NCBI GenBank assembly: GCA_051362555.1
Contig: CM120647.1
Span: forward strand, 20,188,651-20,252,650
Source: Lingula anatina
Taxonomy: Eukaryota; Animalia; Brachiopoda
Direction: 5' to 3'
DNA length: 64,000 nucleotides
Part shown: piece by piece, positions 34,170 through 48,141 of the stretch
Layout: each line of letters starts with the position of its first letter
How positions within the stretch are numbered: the first letter of the stretch is position 1
Notes under the pieces: generated by a model
The model's database searches: none
Seen by the model: only the letters and a program-made list of their open reading frames with translations
Told to the model about the DNA's origin: nothing
Position numbers and translations under genes: made by a program

Positions 34170-35154
34170 TTACAAAACGATAATGTACTCATGCTTTAGA
34201 TGCAAGGTGACACATTTCAATCAAAAACTTATTATGGTTGTACTGTAAGCATTTTAAGTTTTTATTTTTATTTTTTAAATATTTGCGGTTTTTAGATATT
34301 CAAAAACGAGACTGGTCTCGCTTGTCGAATTTCCACGTAAAAAGACTTAGTACATCCAAGTATCTCCTTGTTTAATGTCGTATATGCCGTAATTTTTGTA
34401 CATTTCAACATTCAAGCCGTCCAATTTCTATATTTTTTCCCTTTTTTCAATATAAGTGAGGTGACCAATTGAATCTTTGCGCTTTGAATCTTTGTGGAAT
34501 ATACTCGTTATCTCACTTTTGGAAATCCGTCTGCTGAAGACCCTAGTTGACTGTATTGAAGTGATACTGACGTCACACTGACGTCATTTTGACGTCACAT
34601 AAAGTTATTACGTAGTCGTTAAAACATTTTTTATATTCTTGAATTGCAAAAATATAGATACATATTGTTAATGCTGAACGTTAGGTTCATTTAAAACTTC
34701 GTAATTGTATTATACTGTGTAGGTATTTGATTAAATAGTTCGTATGAGTTTCATGTTTGTCGTAACGGTACTTGCAATCCGTCCAATGTGCATGCTGACG
34801 TAAAATGTACTTAAATAAACTCAAGGTGTAAACCAGAACTTTGCCTTTCGTTTTATTTTATTGACCGTGTTGAGAAACAAGTGGTATTCTGTCCTCTTTC
34901 TAAGCTCTGTCATCTTGGCCTTTTTCTAAGACCGTATTCAGTTTGATTAGCACACGTTAGTTAATCACCGTCCTAGCTGCTCAGACAAGCTGATTGCACT
35001 GATTGCACTTTAGCCAGGATACCTGCAGAGTTGGACTGACCCAATTTGTACGATCTGTGAATCTCAATACGCCCTATGCTAATGTCACACTAACCTGTCT
35101 TACCAAATGTCACAATGGCATCGATTTAAACTAATGCTACAAGGTACAGTGTAT

Positions 35155-35360
35155 GGGCGCATTCCCATAGATTTTAGATCGAGCTATCCCCGTGGGGAGT
35201 CTCACTAGATCACTGTTAGATAATCCGGCTTAAATGTCCGTCCCGCCTACTACAAGCTGTAAGGGGGTTATTAACTTCCGCGCACGGTCGGCTGACTGCA
35301 ATTTAGCGTGAACCCCCAGGGAGTTAGGTCGATCTAGTAAGATGTTTGGAAATGCCCTCT
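35155..35360. mobile_element. ~200 bp MITE (near-identical copy at 60510-60710)
   Basis: ATTCCCATAGATTTTAGATCGA..TATCCCCG.GGGGAGTCTCACTAGAT...CCCCCAGGGAGTTAGGTCGATCTA is shared by both copies, with inverted ends. Confidence 0.7.
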
Positions 35361-35968
35361 ATGTTTCATCCTCACTGACACTGGTGTTTCATGATAAGGA
35401 ACTTATGATTAGTAAATCTGATTTATTATAGTCAAGGGAATTTACGTGAGTTATTGCTGTCAACATTTTGTATAGTTTGCCTTTGTGTGTGCATGTGCAC
35501 TTAAACCAAGGGATCAGTCTTTGCACGGGAAGGTACACAACAGATGAATAATAAATAAGTAAAATTCCGACAAAGTTTCCAACATTTTTCCCGTAAATGG
35601 GTCTAAACCCCAAATGCTTAGCCGGAATGAAACATTCCGGAGGCCAATTTCTGAAACATGCCTGTTGCTGAGTTCGTTTCAGTCATTTCGGGATGCAGAA
35701 CCAAATAAAACAAGAATGTTTCACGGAATTTGGAGACCTCGGGAAAGTGATGTTTTTCTATCGTCAAAGTACGAATTGAGGAAAGAAGCACACATCGAAA
35801 AACGTCATTACCTGAAGTTTGTTTTGCGTACATACATGTATGCAGTTTGCCATGGCCGCTATTGGCGATTTCTTCAAATTACAAAAAAATGTTCGTTAAA
35901 TATCAAGCATGGATCGAGTTCGTATTTAATCAACTTGTTCTTTATCTTTATTTGTTGTTCATCATCAC

Positions 35969-36013
<45 letters not shown>

Positions 36014-36099
36014 TAAGTAAATGAAGGGATATGTTGAGTGACTTCACGTAAAGCATAATATATATTTTTTGCCTTTTTCTATTTTTGTGAAAGTCGGGA

Positions 36100-36240
36100 A
36101 ATGATTTTGTCAACCGAGCGCGTTTTAACACCATGTGCTTTCTCACGAACTATTTCATCTGCAGAACTACAGGTATCATACCAGCGACCTCTGATCTTTT
36201 AGTCATCGCTCTTTGTTAGTTAACCGAAACCGTGCTCTCA
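36100..36240 (-). mobile_element. Degenerate tRNA-derived SINE head
   Basis: Minus strand reads AGAGCGATGACTAAAAGATCAGAGGTCGCTGGTATGATACC, resembling the anticodon/T-arm region of a tRNA with a decayed B-box. No intact cloverleaf. Confidence 0.35.
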
Positions 36241-39126
36241 AATATGAAGAGTGTACAAGCCTCTATTGCATTTAGCATTTCGTTGCATGTGAAACCTCCC
36301 TGATCATTTTACGATCCAACGGACAATGAAATGTCACAAACGTGTCCTAAAGTCTGACCATAAGGTGCGTTAGTAGTTTGTTACAAAATTATTGTACGAC
36401 CTATACTCTTATTTTGTATACTATTTCAGAGGCACCTGATATCAGATGGTATGTCATTCACCAAGTGAGTATAATGTTGTTCATAGCTTGAATTATATAG
36501 TACTGACTACCTGGCAAAAGGAGAGAAAGAAACTCGGAATAGAACGCTCGGTTGGAAGGTTGTGGACAACATCATGAGCACGTGGATCCTGTCTTCAGTA
36601 TTGGTTTGAGAGATCTCATAGTCTGATCCCTATGAATGTTAACAAACGATATTATATTTTTACGATAAACAATGCACGATGGGTTTATTCAATCAACGCT
36701 GTACTGGTATGATGTCAGCTAATTGGTTTATTGAAGCTCATAAACTGCTCTAATACAAGGTGTTCGACGAACGCTGTCTTAGAGATTTGCAATTTCCCGA
36801 CTTTTGTCTTTGAAGTAGCCATACTTCGGATACGTTAAGGGATCAAACGTTTCTAGACATTAGAACTAAGAAAAATACTTCGGGGTGGGTGAGCCGTTTA
36901 AGGCCGACCAAATATGCATACAGGTTATTTGTACTTTCACTGGTAGTCGCCGAGGCAAAGGAAAGAGAATAGATCTGATTGATTGAGAGACAGGGAAAAT
37001 ATAACAATGTTTTAAGATCCCACGAGTTTCTTTTTCAAACAAAACCTGGCAGAAAAAATACAGAAGCTGTATTCCCTTTGGCGTGACTAACACCAGTGTA
37101 GAAGGCTTTCCGTTTATGAAACAGACCATTGTATAGCAGGTGTAACGAACTGAGACGTATAACGGAAACTCTGCCCTCCATTTAATTATAATGGTTAGGG
37201 TTGGACTGACCTAAAAGAGTCTGTCCAAATGAATGGGAGCCGCTCTCTCTTTTATGGGGGACTCTATGTCATGTTACACCGGCGTCAAAATTGGTTCAGG
37301 ATTCGCTCATGATAATTTTCCATATTACTTGTCCGAAAATGATACCGTGATTTGGAAGGATGTTTTTTCACATCCAGCGGTAGACTTAACTGGAGCCGTC
37401 CATTTTGAGAAGTTCAATCATATAATTACGCTTGATGTGAACTATAGTTATTTTCAACTACGTTATAAGGGATATGAAATAAATAACAATTTCTTCCCAG
37501 TTGCATGTATTTTTGCAGCTGGAAAAGGAAAAGGGAGAGAAATTGACCCAAACCGAAATAGTTTATTAACGCGTCTCACAAGAAGACCTATCAGGAACTT
37601 TTAGAAAGCACGGTGTGTCACAAGAGTGGTAGTCCGCGAGGGATCGTAGTGCGTTCCCAATTACATTGCACAAGTGATATTTGCCCCATATACCGACCCA
37701 ATATACTGACACAGTACACTAACCCTAACCTGGCATATTGGACCCCGGACTTCCATTCCTAGGACTACCATTCCTGTCACGCCAGGGATCGACGTACATA
37801 TCGACCCAAGACCGTTTACACAAGTCCACACAGGGCTCGCCAGCTGACTTTCAAAAGCCATTGCAGAATACTACTTAATCAAGCTGTTTAAATACTATAT
37901 CTCAAATACCAACGGACGAAACAAACACTCTCACGTACATATTGAACACGTGCATCTGTATCATAATGCACTTGCACTGAGATAAAACTGAAGAGGAGTG
38001 CGTTCGTGTAAGCCGACGTTTCCAAGCACACCAATGAACGAACCCGCACGTTAATGTATGAGCATTATGTATGTATTTATGTAGGCCTAACCTCACTAGA
38101 TGGTGGTATATTAAAATCATGGCCAAACCACCTGCAGATAAATGAGTGGCAGGAATAGCACTTCATCGAATGTATGTGAGATTAACTCTCGCGCATTCCA
38201 ACTCCGACAGTGAACGAAGAAGGACTCATTGAGCTGAGAGTGCACGAAAACGACTTTGGACGTTTTGGTTCTAGTAGTTGACTTCACGGAGAAATTTGAA
38301 AGAGAATTAGGTTTATGATAACATATATATAAAAGGAGGAATTTGGTGCGAGCTGTCTAATTTGATTCAAGCAAAATATTTTTCCAAAACAGACGAGAAG
38401 TCATCATTCATGACAGCAACTTAGAAGAGCAATTAAAGCAGTATTTAAAAGAAGATTTGTGACAGTGAAGTGTCTTTTTCTGGTATGTAAAAGGTACAAA
38501 AAATCAGGGGGTTCAAAAGAACCACCCTTTTGCCAAGAAAAGGTCCCCTCTGGGTAAATTGTATTTCTAGGTATACGAAGGTTTCATGGTAAAATTTAAT
38601 CTGGTAAAATTATACTAAGTGACACGAAAAAATGATGCTGTAATTTTTTGGTGATATATATTAATTAATTCTTTATTATTTGGTTTTTTCTGTTTTAAAT
38701 AGGAAGAAAAACGCCACGCTTTAAGAACCGTTCCGAAGACAGTTCATTCATGACATAGCTGTCGCGCACGCGGGCGTGCACACACATACACATACACACA
38801 CACACCTCAAATTGTTGTTGCAAAAACGCGAACTGCTCCATCTTTCTGTTGCAGGAAAGATACAGTCAAACGACGGGCGCAGCATCCCAGAAACCACAAT
38901 TACTTAGAACCAGTCCCAACATCGCTGTTGCTTCATCGATAGAAAAGTGAATCAACGGCAATCTGTACAAAAATAGTAGAACCTCGTAAGAACACGCCTA
39001 CTAAATATAAGACTATGCAGCATGAGTGAGCCGTTCCTGGAACACACAGGAAATCGGCTTTGAGGTCCCAAAAGAAGTCATCGACCGCTGAATTCAAAGA
39101 ATCAAACCAAGTATACAAATTTCGTC

Positions 39127-40212
39127 ATGTACAACACCACCGCTTATCTCAGCTTCGACTTTGCCAGCTTGTACCCAGGCCTGTCCCCACAGGAGCTCTG
39201 CTGGGTGTATCAAGGAAAATGCTGGTGTGCCACGATCTACGTCCTGACCATCATTGGATTCGTGGGGAGCCTCTTAACCTTTATTGTTGTCCTCCGCAGT
39301 GAGCGTCTCCGCTCGAGGTCCACATTCATCTACCTGTTGTTCTTGGCGGCAGTTGACGAGTTCGTGCTATTGTACCTCTCAGGGGAGTGCCTGAACTTTC
39401 ACCTGAGCCCCCCTTCAACTGATCATGCCTGCGCGATCGAGTCTGTGGGGTTCTTCATGAATGACACCTTCGTGTATCTGTCCGTGATCTACGTGACGGC
39501 AGTGACGGTTGAGAGACTGATCATTGTAAAATGGCCGTTGAAAGCTGCATATCTGTGCCGAAGACGGACGGCCATCGTAGCGTGCGTTGTGACCGCGTTT
39601 GCCGTTGTGGTCTTCAACAGCTATAATTTATCCATGTGCTATGTCGGGATTGAAACAAGGCTCTCTATCCTGATAGCAGGCAGTTACATGTTCATCAGCA
39701 TTCACTCCGTCTTATGTTTGGCGATCGCAGTTTTAACGGCCATCATCATCTTCCAACTGTCGCGCTCCAGTGCCAGACGCCGGCAGATGTCGACGGCGAC
39801 ACCAGCAGCGAACGCAGGTTCAGGATCAACTAGGGAGTCATTCGCCCAGAAAACCCACGTTTTGCTCCTGACCACGCCCATTTCTTTCACCATTTTGACG
39901 TGGCCGAAATATGGTTTTGACATCTGGTTGGCGACGATGGAAATGCAGGGGTATTCATTTGGCGAAGATATACCTATGATTTATAATGTTGTGAGAGAAG
40001 CCTTATATTTGTTGAGTAAAGTAAACCATTGTATTAACTTTTACCTCTATGTCGCCTCTGCACGTGTTTTCAGAAACGAAATAAGACGCGCGTTTTGCAG
40101 ACAAAGGGAGGGCAGTGCTGCGGCGACGCCTGGATTGACAAAAACGAATCCACATCCAAATAACTTTCACGGTAGTAGATCAAGCGTGCGTACTGAATCA
40201 AGTTGTATCTGA
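39127..40212 (+). CDS. Class A GPCR copy 2 (361 aa)
   Basis: Intact ORF with the same 7TM motifs as copy 1; N-terminal NTT site. Confidence 0.93.
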   Translation: MYNTTAYLSFDFASLYPGLSPQELCWVYQGKCWCATIYVLTIIGFVGSLLTFIVVLRSERLRSRSTFIYLLFLAAVDEFVLLYLSGECLNFHLSPPSTDHACAIESVGFFMNDTFVYLSVIYVTAVTVERLIIVKWPLKAAYLCRRRTAIVACVVTAFAVVVFNSYNLSMCYVGIETRLSILIAGSYMFISIHSVLCLAIAVLTAIIIFQLSRSSARRRQMSTATPAANAGSGSTRESFAQKTHVLLLTTPISFTILTWPKYGFDIWLATMEMQGYSFGEDIPMIYNVVREALYLLSKVNHCINFYLYVASARVFRNEIRRAFCRQREGSAAATPGLTKTNPHPNNFHGSRSSVRTESSCI

Positions 40213-43054
40213 ATCGCCAATGCTGTTAAAGATAATTTAGGTAGAAGTGGCCTCATGAAGACATAAACGCGACATACCAAAATAGAAGCACGGGCCAGAG
40301 TTCGTGCAAGTGGAACGTTTTAAATTAAAGAAAATGTAGTCGTGCTTTAGATGCAAGGACACACATTTCAATCAAAACCTTATTATGAATATACTGTAAG
40401 CATTTTAAGTTTTTATATTTTGTTTTTTGCATGTTCCGATACGTGAATTTCCGCGTAAAAGGCTGGTTACATTCCAGTATCTCCTTGTTGTTTAATGTCA
40501 TATATGCCCACAGATCAACACATCATTGTGCAAATAAAGCAGGGTGTACGTGCTTTTTGATCATTTATATTAAGTATAATTGCATGCTGCTTTCTTTCTA
40601 CGTAATAAGGAACATAATCTGTGGTTCTTGTCTTTGTTTATTTTTTTGTGGACATTTTTTATGGTCTACTCTTATCTATTTATCCTGTACTTCCTAAGTG
40701 TATACGAATGTTGAGCATTCTGGAATTGGTTAAAAGTTAGAAGAACGTTTTTAGTGAACCGTTCCTTTTTAGTTATACGTGCTTTTTGCATTGATTTATT
40801 ACAAATGCTATATATATATATATATATAAATATATTGTAATTTATTTATTGTCTTGTGGATTTTTGCTCTTGTTTGCAAGTAATCGAAATGTATTTGGCT
40901 TTGAAGTGTTTTATTGGTATTAAACGAAATGACTCTTAATATATTGCGATTATTGAACTTTTGACGTGCAGAACAAATGCGAGAAAATTGTGACAAATAT
41001 ATTACGTCCTGTAGTTAAATGCGGGTTACTGTCAAGTAATTTGCTCGCACCTGCAATACCAATTTATTTGAATGAAGTCATTTGTCTCTACACAACTGTG
41101 TGAAATATACGTTTAATTTGAAGCAGAGTAATTGCCATGCGATCGAAATGACGGCAAAATTGCTCATCCTTGTGTAAACCAAGGGACATAAATAACAAGC
41201 TGTTGCTTCATCTCCCCCCCTCCCCCCCCCCCCCCCCCCCACACACACACACAAACAAGTTTTTTTAGGAAAACACTGCATTTTTAAACTTTAAATCTAC
41301 AAAGCTGTAGACTTTTTTCTTTTTTCCACTCCATCGAAAGTGCGTTGGTTTTCCGTCAGTCAGCGTCTAGTTGACAAAGACACTGATTACATGTATTGTG
41401 GGTCTTCAAGAGCTGCTCCCCCTCCATCAGTCATTATATTTAGCCTACAGACATGAAATGTTCTCTTTCAGGAGAGAGAGAACTACATCAGAATAAGTGT
41501 CAACTGAAATGCAAGTGTAAAGTTAGTAACTGACAGCCACGAGTGAATAAGGAGCAGGGAGTGTTCTGTAGGGTGACTGAGTTAATTAACATGCTCTTGT
41601 GATACTTATACAACTGCGTGTAATGTAAACGGAGAGAAGGCCGCTAGAGATTGTGTTAGGTAGCGATAGAGATGGAGAGAAAGCGGTGCGGGAACTAACT
41701 GTGAAGTCTTTCATAAAAAATATAAAGGATTATAACAGAGTTGTATTTACAACTTCGCTTAACAGCATAAGACAAAGACAACAAGTTCGTCACACTCGTA
41801 AAGCTGTACCAACAACAAACTCTGTTCACTGATATGGACCTTGCTGTTTCAATAGAACCATTGGGCAAACATCAAGCTAATAACTTAAAATGAGACCTAA
41901 ATTGCGACACATTCAAACCCTTCTTAATGCACCCTATTCTTGGGGCCACAGAGATATTTTCACTAGATATTCACTTATATTTCACCGGTTGATAACCTGC
42001 AGATATGTATTTCTTCACTGCGAGATCCACCAAAAATTTGCACAGAATTTTTGCAGAGATGACGTCATTACCGAGCTGGCCTCTGGTTGAGACTAAGGAA
42101 GGGCCCATTCCCAAGGAAATGTCGTTCTACGTAGATCAATTCAACTCCACGGGGACTCTCTCCGACTGCAATCAGATGAACGGATTAACACGTCTCCTCT
42201 TGTTTCCAAGCAATAAATATCCTTTTGTACAGATTCTCATATATGTATTTAAATAAAAACAAAATAAATTTTATATTCACTATGTATATATAAAATATTT
42301 GAGCATTTTGTCAGAATTGAGCTATGAAATTGCTGCGTGCAAAGACCCTGCCTGATTAAAAGCTATGACAGTAGATGCATGTTTCAGAAATCTAATACTT
42401 ATTCAGCGAAATAAAATTATTAAACAAAGCGCTTTTAGCAAATTTATGCATTTTCCAAATGCCCGCTCCTTTTGTATTATTTTGAATATTTCACAAAGAA
42501 TAATATCAGAAATAAAATAAGTCATTTTAACTAAATAAAACCACTCAGCAATTTTGAAGTAAAACTAGACAGCAAAGCCGGAAAATAAACAGACACCATA
42601 CGGGAAACAAGGTAGCAAAGCTGGCAAATGAGAAAAAAAAAAAAAAATCACAAGTAAGCAATAATTACCGTGAATGTAAACCAATGTTGCCGATTTTTAA
42701 AATCTGCCTGCCTCTTTACCAAACAAAGTCACTCAGTAAAAATGTATAACAGAAATACGGTTTAGAAGTTATGTTGAGAACGTCATGTGTCAGACAGCGA
42801 CAGCGACAGCTCCGACAGACAGACCAATCAGAATATATACAGACACTTACAGTTTCTGTATATACCATAAATAATTTTGACAATTATGGTACGAACGGCA
42901 CTAAAATACATGCAAATTTAAATAAAACAAAAAAGTGATGAAAAACATCCAGTGTTTGTTTATGAAATACAATTCGATATTAGAAAAAACAGACTTTATT
43001 TCTCAAATACATGCAATCGTCGCACTTAATACCACAGCATTAAAAAGGCATTGA

Positions 43055-43645
43055 CGTCAATGATGTTCTGATGAGATGAAATAGATTTTAGAACGCAAAC
43101 CACTAGTTGTTTAATTTGTTAAGTATATGCCGGTTAACTAGTGAGAGTACTACTGGTAGGATACGAAAACGTGAGATGCCATTCGGGATGAAAAATTCAC
43201 CAGCCACCTTCCAACGAATGATTCACTCTCTTCTTCGTGATCTTAAAGCGTGAGAAGCCTACATTGATGATGTCATTATCTACAGTGACACTTGGAGGGA
43301 ACATCTGCGGATAATGCGTTCTTCGACATTTTAGTGAAAGTAAACCTCACAGTGAACCTTGCAAAAATTGACCTTTGTCATACTACTGTAGAATATTTAG
43401 GTCATAAAGTAGGTCAGGGTTTAAATACACCTATCATGTCTAAAGTATAAGCTATCTCAAGTGTATTTGAATGTTTCTTTACATCCCATTCTTATATACA
43501 GACCACAATCCTCTCACCTTTTTTCCACAAAATGTCTAAAAAGAATCAGATTGACAAGATGGATTTGTTGATACAAGAGTATGATATTCTTATTAAACAC
43601 ATTAAGGGCAAAGACAATGTCATAGTAGATGCCCTATCAAGAGTG
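43055..43645 (+). mobile_element. Gypsy RT/RNase H relic (truncated duplicate of 53810-54373)
   Basis: MPFGMKNSPATFQRMI, AYIDDVIIYSD, EYLGHKVG, YTDHNPL, LIQEYDILIKHIKGKDNVIVDALSR, with stops and frameshifts. Confidence 0.85.
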
Positions 43646-44330
43646 TCGTGGTTGTATATATACATATAAGTAACAATATAATGACAATTTGAGATAAGTT
43701 TATCTTTGTAAAATTATACTTGTTTGGTTGATTTTGTTAAGTTAATAAATTGTTAAATTATAAATTGTGTTATTGATGTTTACTAGATTCAGGGGGTACT
43801 CTGAACCGAAACAATATATGCATTATGTATGTACTAATGGTGACCTCACTTCACGAGAATTGTAGATTGCAGTTTATTATCTAGTGCTAAATTCATGCCC
43901 AAACTATCCCAGATAAATGAGTGGCAGGAATAGCACTGCATCGAATGGATGTGAGAGAAACTCTCGCGTATTTCAACTCCGACAGTGAATGTAGAAGGAC
44001 TGGTTGAGTTGAGAGTGCACGAAAGCGACTTTGGACAATTTGATTCTAGTAGTCGACTTCACGGAGAAATTTGAAAGAGAAGTAACTTTATGATAACTTA
44101 CATATATCAGAAGGGATTTGGTGTGCGCTGTCTAATTTGATTCAACATAAAATATTTTTCCAAAATATTCTTGACAGCAACTTAGAAGAGCCATTCAAGT
44201 CGTATATATTTATCGCTGCAGCTTCCGAAGAAGATTCGTGACAGTGAAGCGTATTTCTGGTATGTAAAAGGTAAAAAAAATATGTCTCAATATACAGAAA
44301 AAAGTACAGTATCCTGCGACACATTTTCGG

Positions 44331-44375
<45 letters not shown>

Positions 44376-44404
44376 TCTTTTCCGTTAAAAGACTGTAAAA
44401 TTCC

Positions 44405-46451
44405 AGAAGTAACACCCAAACCACATCTGACAAAAGATTTCGTTTTTTTCCTTTTGTTATATTACATCATTTTGACAAACCAATGGCAGGAAATGGGGAT
44501 GTTACAAATGATAAACAAGTCTATTGTTGAGTGAAAAAATAGGCAAACAAACTAGACTCCCCATTTTTGTTTTTGGCAACGGGATGACGTTACTGGACAG
44601 GAATGGAAACGCCGAAAATAGTGCCATAATGTAAAGACAAATAAATGTATTTGTAAATAAAACGGATCTTTTTAAAACCTTTCACAAAACTTTTCAAAAG
44701 AATGATCGCGGATGTGATCAAAACATTAATTACATTTTGTACAGGAGTATGCTCTACCCATGAAAGCTGCTACAGAAGTTATGACGTCATATTGCCCCTT
44801 ATGATGAAATAAAAGCAATTCTTTCAATGCTGGCCGTCCTTTAGGTATCTAACCCATAAAGGGATCGCCTGAAAACACAAATATTTGATAATCACCCAAA
44901 TATGACCGAAACTTTTTTTAATTTCTGGGACACCACAGGGACCTTATGATACACCAGCACTTTTATGCAGGTCTCGAGCGCGTTCTAATTGTTCGAGACA
45001 ACGGTGATCGATGAGTGTTTTTTATTCAAGATCGTTATTTACGTAGGCCATAGCAACAACAAGTGCTCGAGCTAAACATAATTGATCTCTTGGCCCATTA
45101 CAAATTTGAATTATTGAGCGCTTTGCATGGAGAAAACTCTGCATCCCCATCGAGCCTAGTTTTAATCTGGCTCCTCCAGGGCGGGGCCATTTTTCCAGGG
45201 GGGGGGTCAAAGTCAATGAGGGGGCAGATAATGATTGGCTGGGTACCCGCAATAAAAATGCAGTTCCAAAATTTCAGGGGGGGGGGGGGCGGCAAGTGAC
45301 CCCATTGACCCCCCCCCCCCCCCCCCGCTGACGCCCATGTGCGGGGCATACTGACGTGACAAACAGTCAAAATCATAGAGGCATCAAGCCTAAACTCCTG
45401 AGATTGTAGAACTCTTATTAATTCGTTCAGAATGAGCAGTAAAGTCAGTAAATTCAGATATCCTACGTGAACAATATCGGATATGGGATAGTCTAATGTG
45501 TCAAATTGTTAAACAAAATTGACCCAATCATGAGAAAGCACACCTTGAACCATGTTATTGTTTAAACTGAAAAGTTCACGAAAAAATGGAATCATAATAG
45601 AATTAAGACGAAGGTTTTTTCTAAATGTGAGAATGTGAGCTGACAGTCCGTGTTTACTGTTGAAATTTTTTCATCCGTCGTACATTTACTCGACGCGGAT
45701 TATAAAATCTTCTATAATCCACCCCATCCCAAGCACACCTTCGACTTTCTCTACGTTATTCGCCAACTGTTCATCAGTTACATTCGAACCATCCCATAAA
45801 TCATCAACGCTGTCAAGCTCCGCATCCACTAACTCGCCCTCATAACTCGCGGCTTCCCACAAATTAGTAATGAACCCATCAAACTTTGTGTCACCCACAA
45901 TAAAATAGTTTTAAGGGCACGGATGATGAAAGGAAGGTGTAATTTATAGGGGAATTCTCAAGCTGAAGCAATACCCTCTGTGCGTGATATCTATTGGTTT
46001 TCTGCAATAGTGATAATAATTATTATTGTACATTTAGTTTTACTTATAATAGATGCATAGCTTTTGTACATGAATTGTCCTGTTATTTCAATGTGTACAT
46101 AACTGCTACTACATTCGCTATTCACCATAATCATTTCGCACTACTATGATGTACTTTAATAAAAAAACAGGTTTTGTTTACAAATACATTTGTCTGTCAT
46201 TAAACTGCGTCACTTTTCTTCAGTGATTTTTAAATATATGATATTAAAATATCACGACCATTTATGTCCAGTGCGACGTCATCCCGTTCCCCTAAACAAA
46301 AATATCGAGTCTCGTTTGTTTACCTATTTTTTCACTCAAGAAAAGACTTGTTTATTTTCAGACATCCCCATTATCCGCTGTTAGTTTGTCAAAATGATGT
46401 AATATAACAAAAGAAAAATCTTTTATCCGATGTAGTCTGGGTGTTGCTTCT
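44405..46451 (-). mobile_element. Internally deleted Polinton/Maverick-like element with long TIRs, carrying a degenerate pPolB N-terminal fragment (copy A)
   Basis: Ends AGAAGTAACACCCAAACCACATC... and ...GATGTAGTCTGGGTGTTGCTTCT are inverted; TIR similarity extends ~260 bp. The minus strand encodes KRSIIQI..DQLCLARALVVAMA..ARDLHKSAGV.GPCGVPEIKKF..YQIFVFS..QYDVITSVAAFMGRAYSCTKC, recalled as the N-terminal region of Polinton/adintovirus protein-primed PolB. Confidence 0.65.
45177..45342. mobile_element. Short G-tract MITE inserted into mini-Polinton copy A
   Basis: CAGGGCGGGGCC...GCTGACGCCCATG is present here; empty site GCTCCTC|GGGGCATACT in copy B at ~56160. Confidence 0.75.
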
Positions 46452-47055
46452 TATGATCATGCATGGAAATAATAATTACCTTTATCTCTTGATGCATTCC
46501 TTTATATAAACGCATATGCGAACATTATTTTAAAAATTGCAATTATTGGAAATTTAATCGGATACAATTATACACAGCGACGTGAAAAAGTGATGTTATT
46601 ATTTTTTGTGATATATATTCATTTATTAATTTATTCGATTTTTATTTTATTTTTTCATTGTAAATTGGCAAGAAATACTGCGCGCTTTAAAATCCACTCT
46701 GAAGACAGTTAACAATTTTAGATGGGATAGCTGTCACACACACACACACACACACAAACACACACACCTCAAATTGTTGCTGTGAAATAAGCCTCCTGCT
46801 TCATCTTCTCATTGCAGGAAAGATACAGTCAAACGACAGGCGCAGCATCCCAGAAACCACATCGCTGTTGCTTCATCGAGAGAAGAGTGAATCAACGACA
46901 ATCTGCACAAAAATAGTAGAACCTCGTAAGAACACGCGTGCTTAAAAGAAAACTATCCAGCATAAGCAAACCGTTTCCGGATCACTTCGGAAATCGACAC
47001 TGAAGTCTCAAAAAAGGTCAACCTGGGAACTCAAAAGTTCGACACAAGTTTCATC

Positions 47056-48141
47056 ATGAATACCACAACTGCTTCTGTGGGCTTCGACCTCGCCAGCTTG
47101 TATCCCGGCCTGTCCCCACAGGAGCTCTGCTGGGTGTATCAAGGAAAATGCTGGTGTGCCACAATGTACGTCCTGACCATCTTTGGATTCGTGGGGAGCC
47201 TCCTAACCTTCATCGTTGTCCTCCGCAGTGAGCGTCTCCGCTCGAGGTCCACATTCGTCTACCTGTTGTTCTTGGCGGCAGTTGACGAGTTCGTGCTATT
47301 GTACCTCTCAGGGGAGTGCCTGAACTTTCACCTGAGCCCCCCTTCAACTGATCATGTCTGCACGATCGATTCTGTAGGGCATGTTGTGAGTGACACGCTC
47401 GTGTATCTGTCCGTGATTTACGTGACGGCAGTGACGGTTGAGAGACTGATCATTGTTAAATGGCCGTTGAAGGCTGCATATCTGTGCCGAAGACGGACGG
47501 CCATCGTAGCGTGTATCGTGACCGCTTTTGTCGTCTTGGCCTTCAACGGCTACAACTTATCTATGTGCTACGTCGGGGTAGAAACGAAACTCTCTGTCAT
47601 AACAGCCGGCAATTACATGTTCATAATCATACACGTCATCTTGTGTTTGACGATCGCTGTTTTAACGGCCATCATCATCTTCCAACTGTCGCGCTCCAGC
47701 GCTAGACGTCGGCAGATGTCGACGACGACACCAGCAGCGAGTGCAAGTTCAGGATCAACAAGGGAATCATTCGCCCAGAAAACCCACGTTTTGCTCCTGA
47801 CCACGCCCATTTCTTTCACCATTTTGACGTGGCCGAAATATGGTTTTGACATCTGGTTGACGACGATGGAGATGCAGGGGTATTCATTTGATGAAGATAT
47901 ACCGATGATTTATAACGTTGTCAGAGAAGCCTTATATTTGTTGAGTAAAGTAAACCATTGTATTAACTTTTACCTCTATGTCGCCTCTGCACGTGTTTTC
48001 AGAAACGAAATAAGACGCGCGTTTTGCAGACAACGGGAGGGCAGTGCTGCGGCGACGCCTGGATTGACAAAAACGAATCCACATCCAAATAACTTTCACG
48101 GTAGTAGATCAAGCGTGCGTACTGAATCAAGTTGTATCTGA
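47056..48141 (+). CDS. Class A GPCR copy 3 (361 aa)
   Basis: Intact ORF; 7TM motifs as in the other copies. Confidence 0.93.
   Translation: MNTTTASVGFDLASLYPGLSPQELCWVYQGKCWCATMYVLTIFGFVGSLLTFIVVLRSERLRSRSTFVYLLFLAAVDEFVLLYLSGECLNFHLSPPSTDHVCTIDSVGHVVSDTLVYLSVIYVTAVTVERLIIVKWPLKAAYLCRRRTAIVACIVTAFVVLAFNGYNLSMCYVGVETKLSVITAGNYMFIIIHVILCLTIAVLTAIIIFQLSRSSARRRQMSTTTPAASASSGSTRESFAQKTHVLLLTTPISFTILTWPKYGFDIWLTTMEMQGYSFDEDIPMIYNVVREALYLLSKVNHCINFYLYVASARVFRNEIRRAFCRQREGSAAATPGLTKTNPHPNNFHGSRSSVRTESSCI

Noticed and set aside
36100-36240. Functional tRNA gene
   Set aside because: No acceptor stem or intact A/B boxes; better explained as a SINE relic.
36480-37604. Possible coding region (ORFs 36866-37129 and 37233-37604)
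   Set aside because: No recognisable motifs; the latter ORF runs across an insertion boundary into non-coding sequence duplicated from ~28070.
41460-41760. Possible solo LTR (duplicated at ~49340-49640)
   Set aside because: No clear TG..CA ends, PBS or TSD; the duplication is explained by the segmental repeat.
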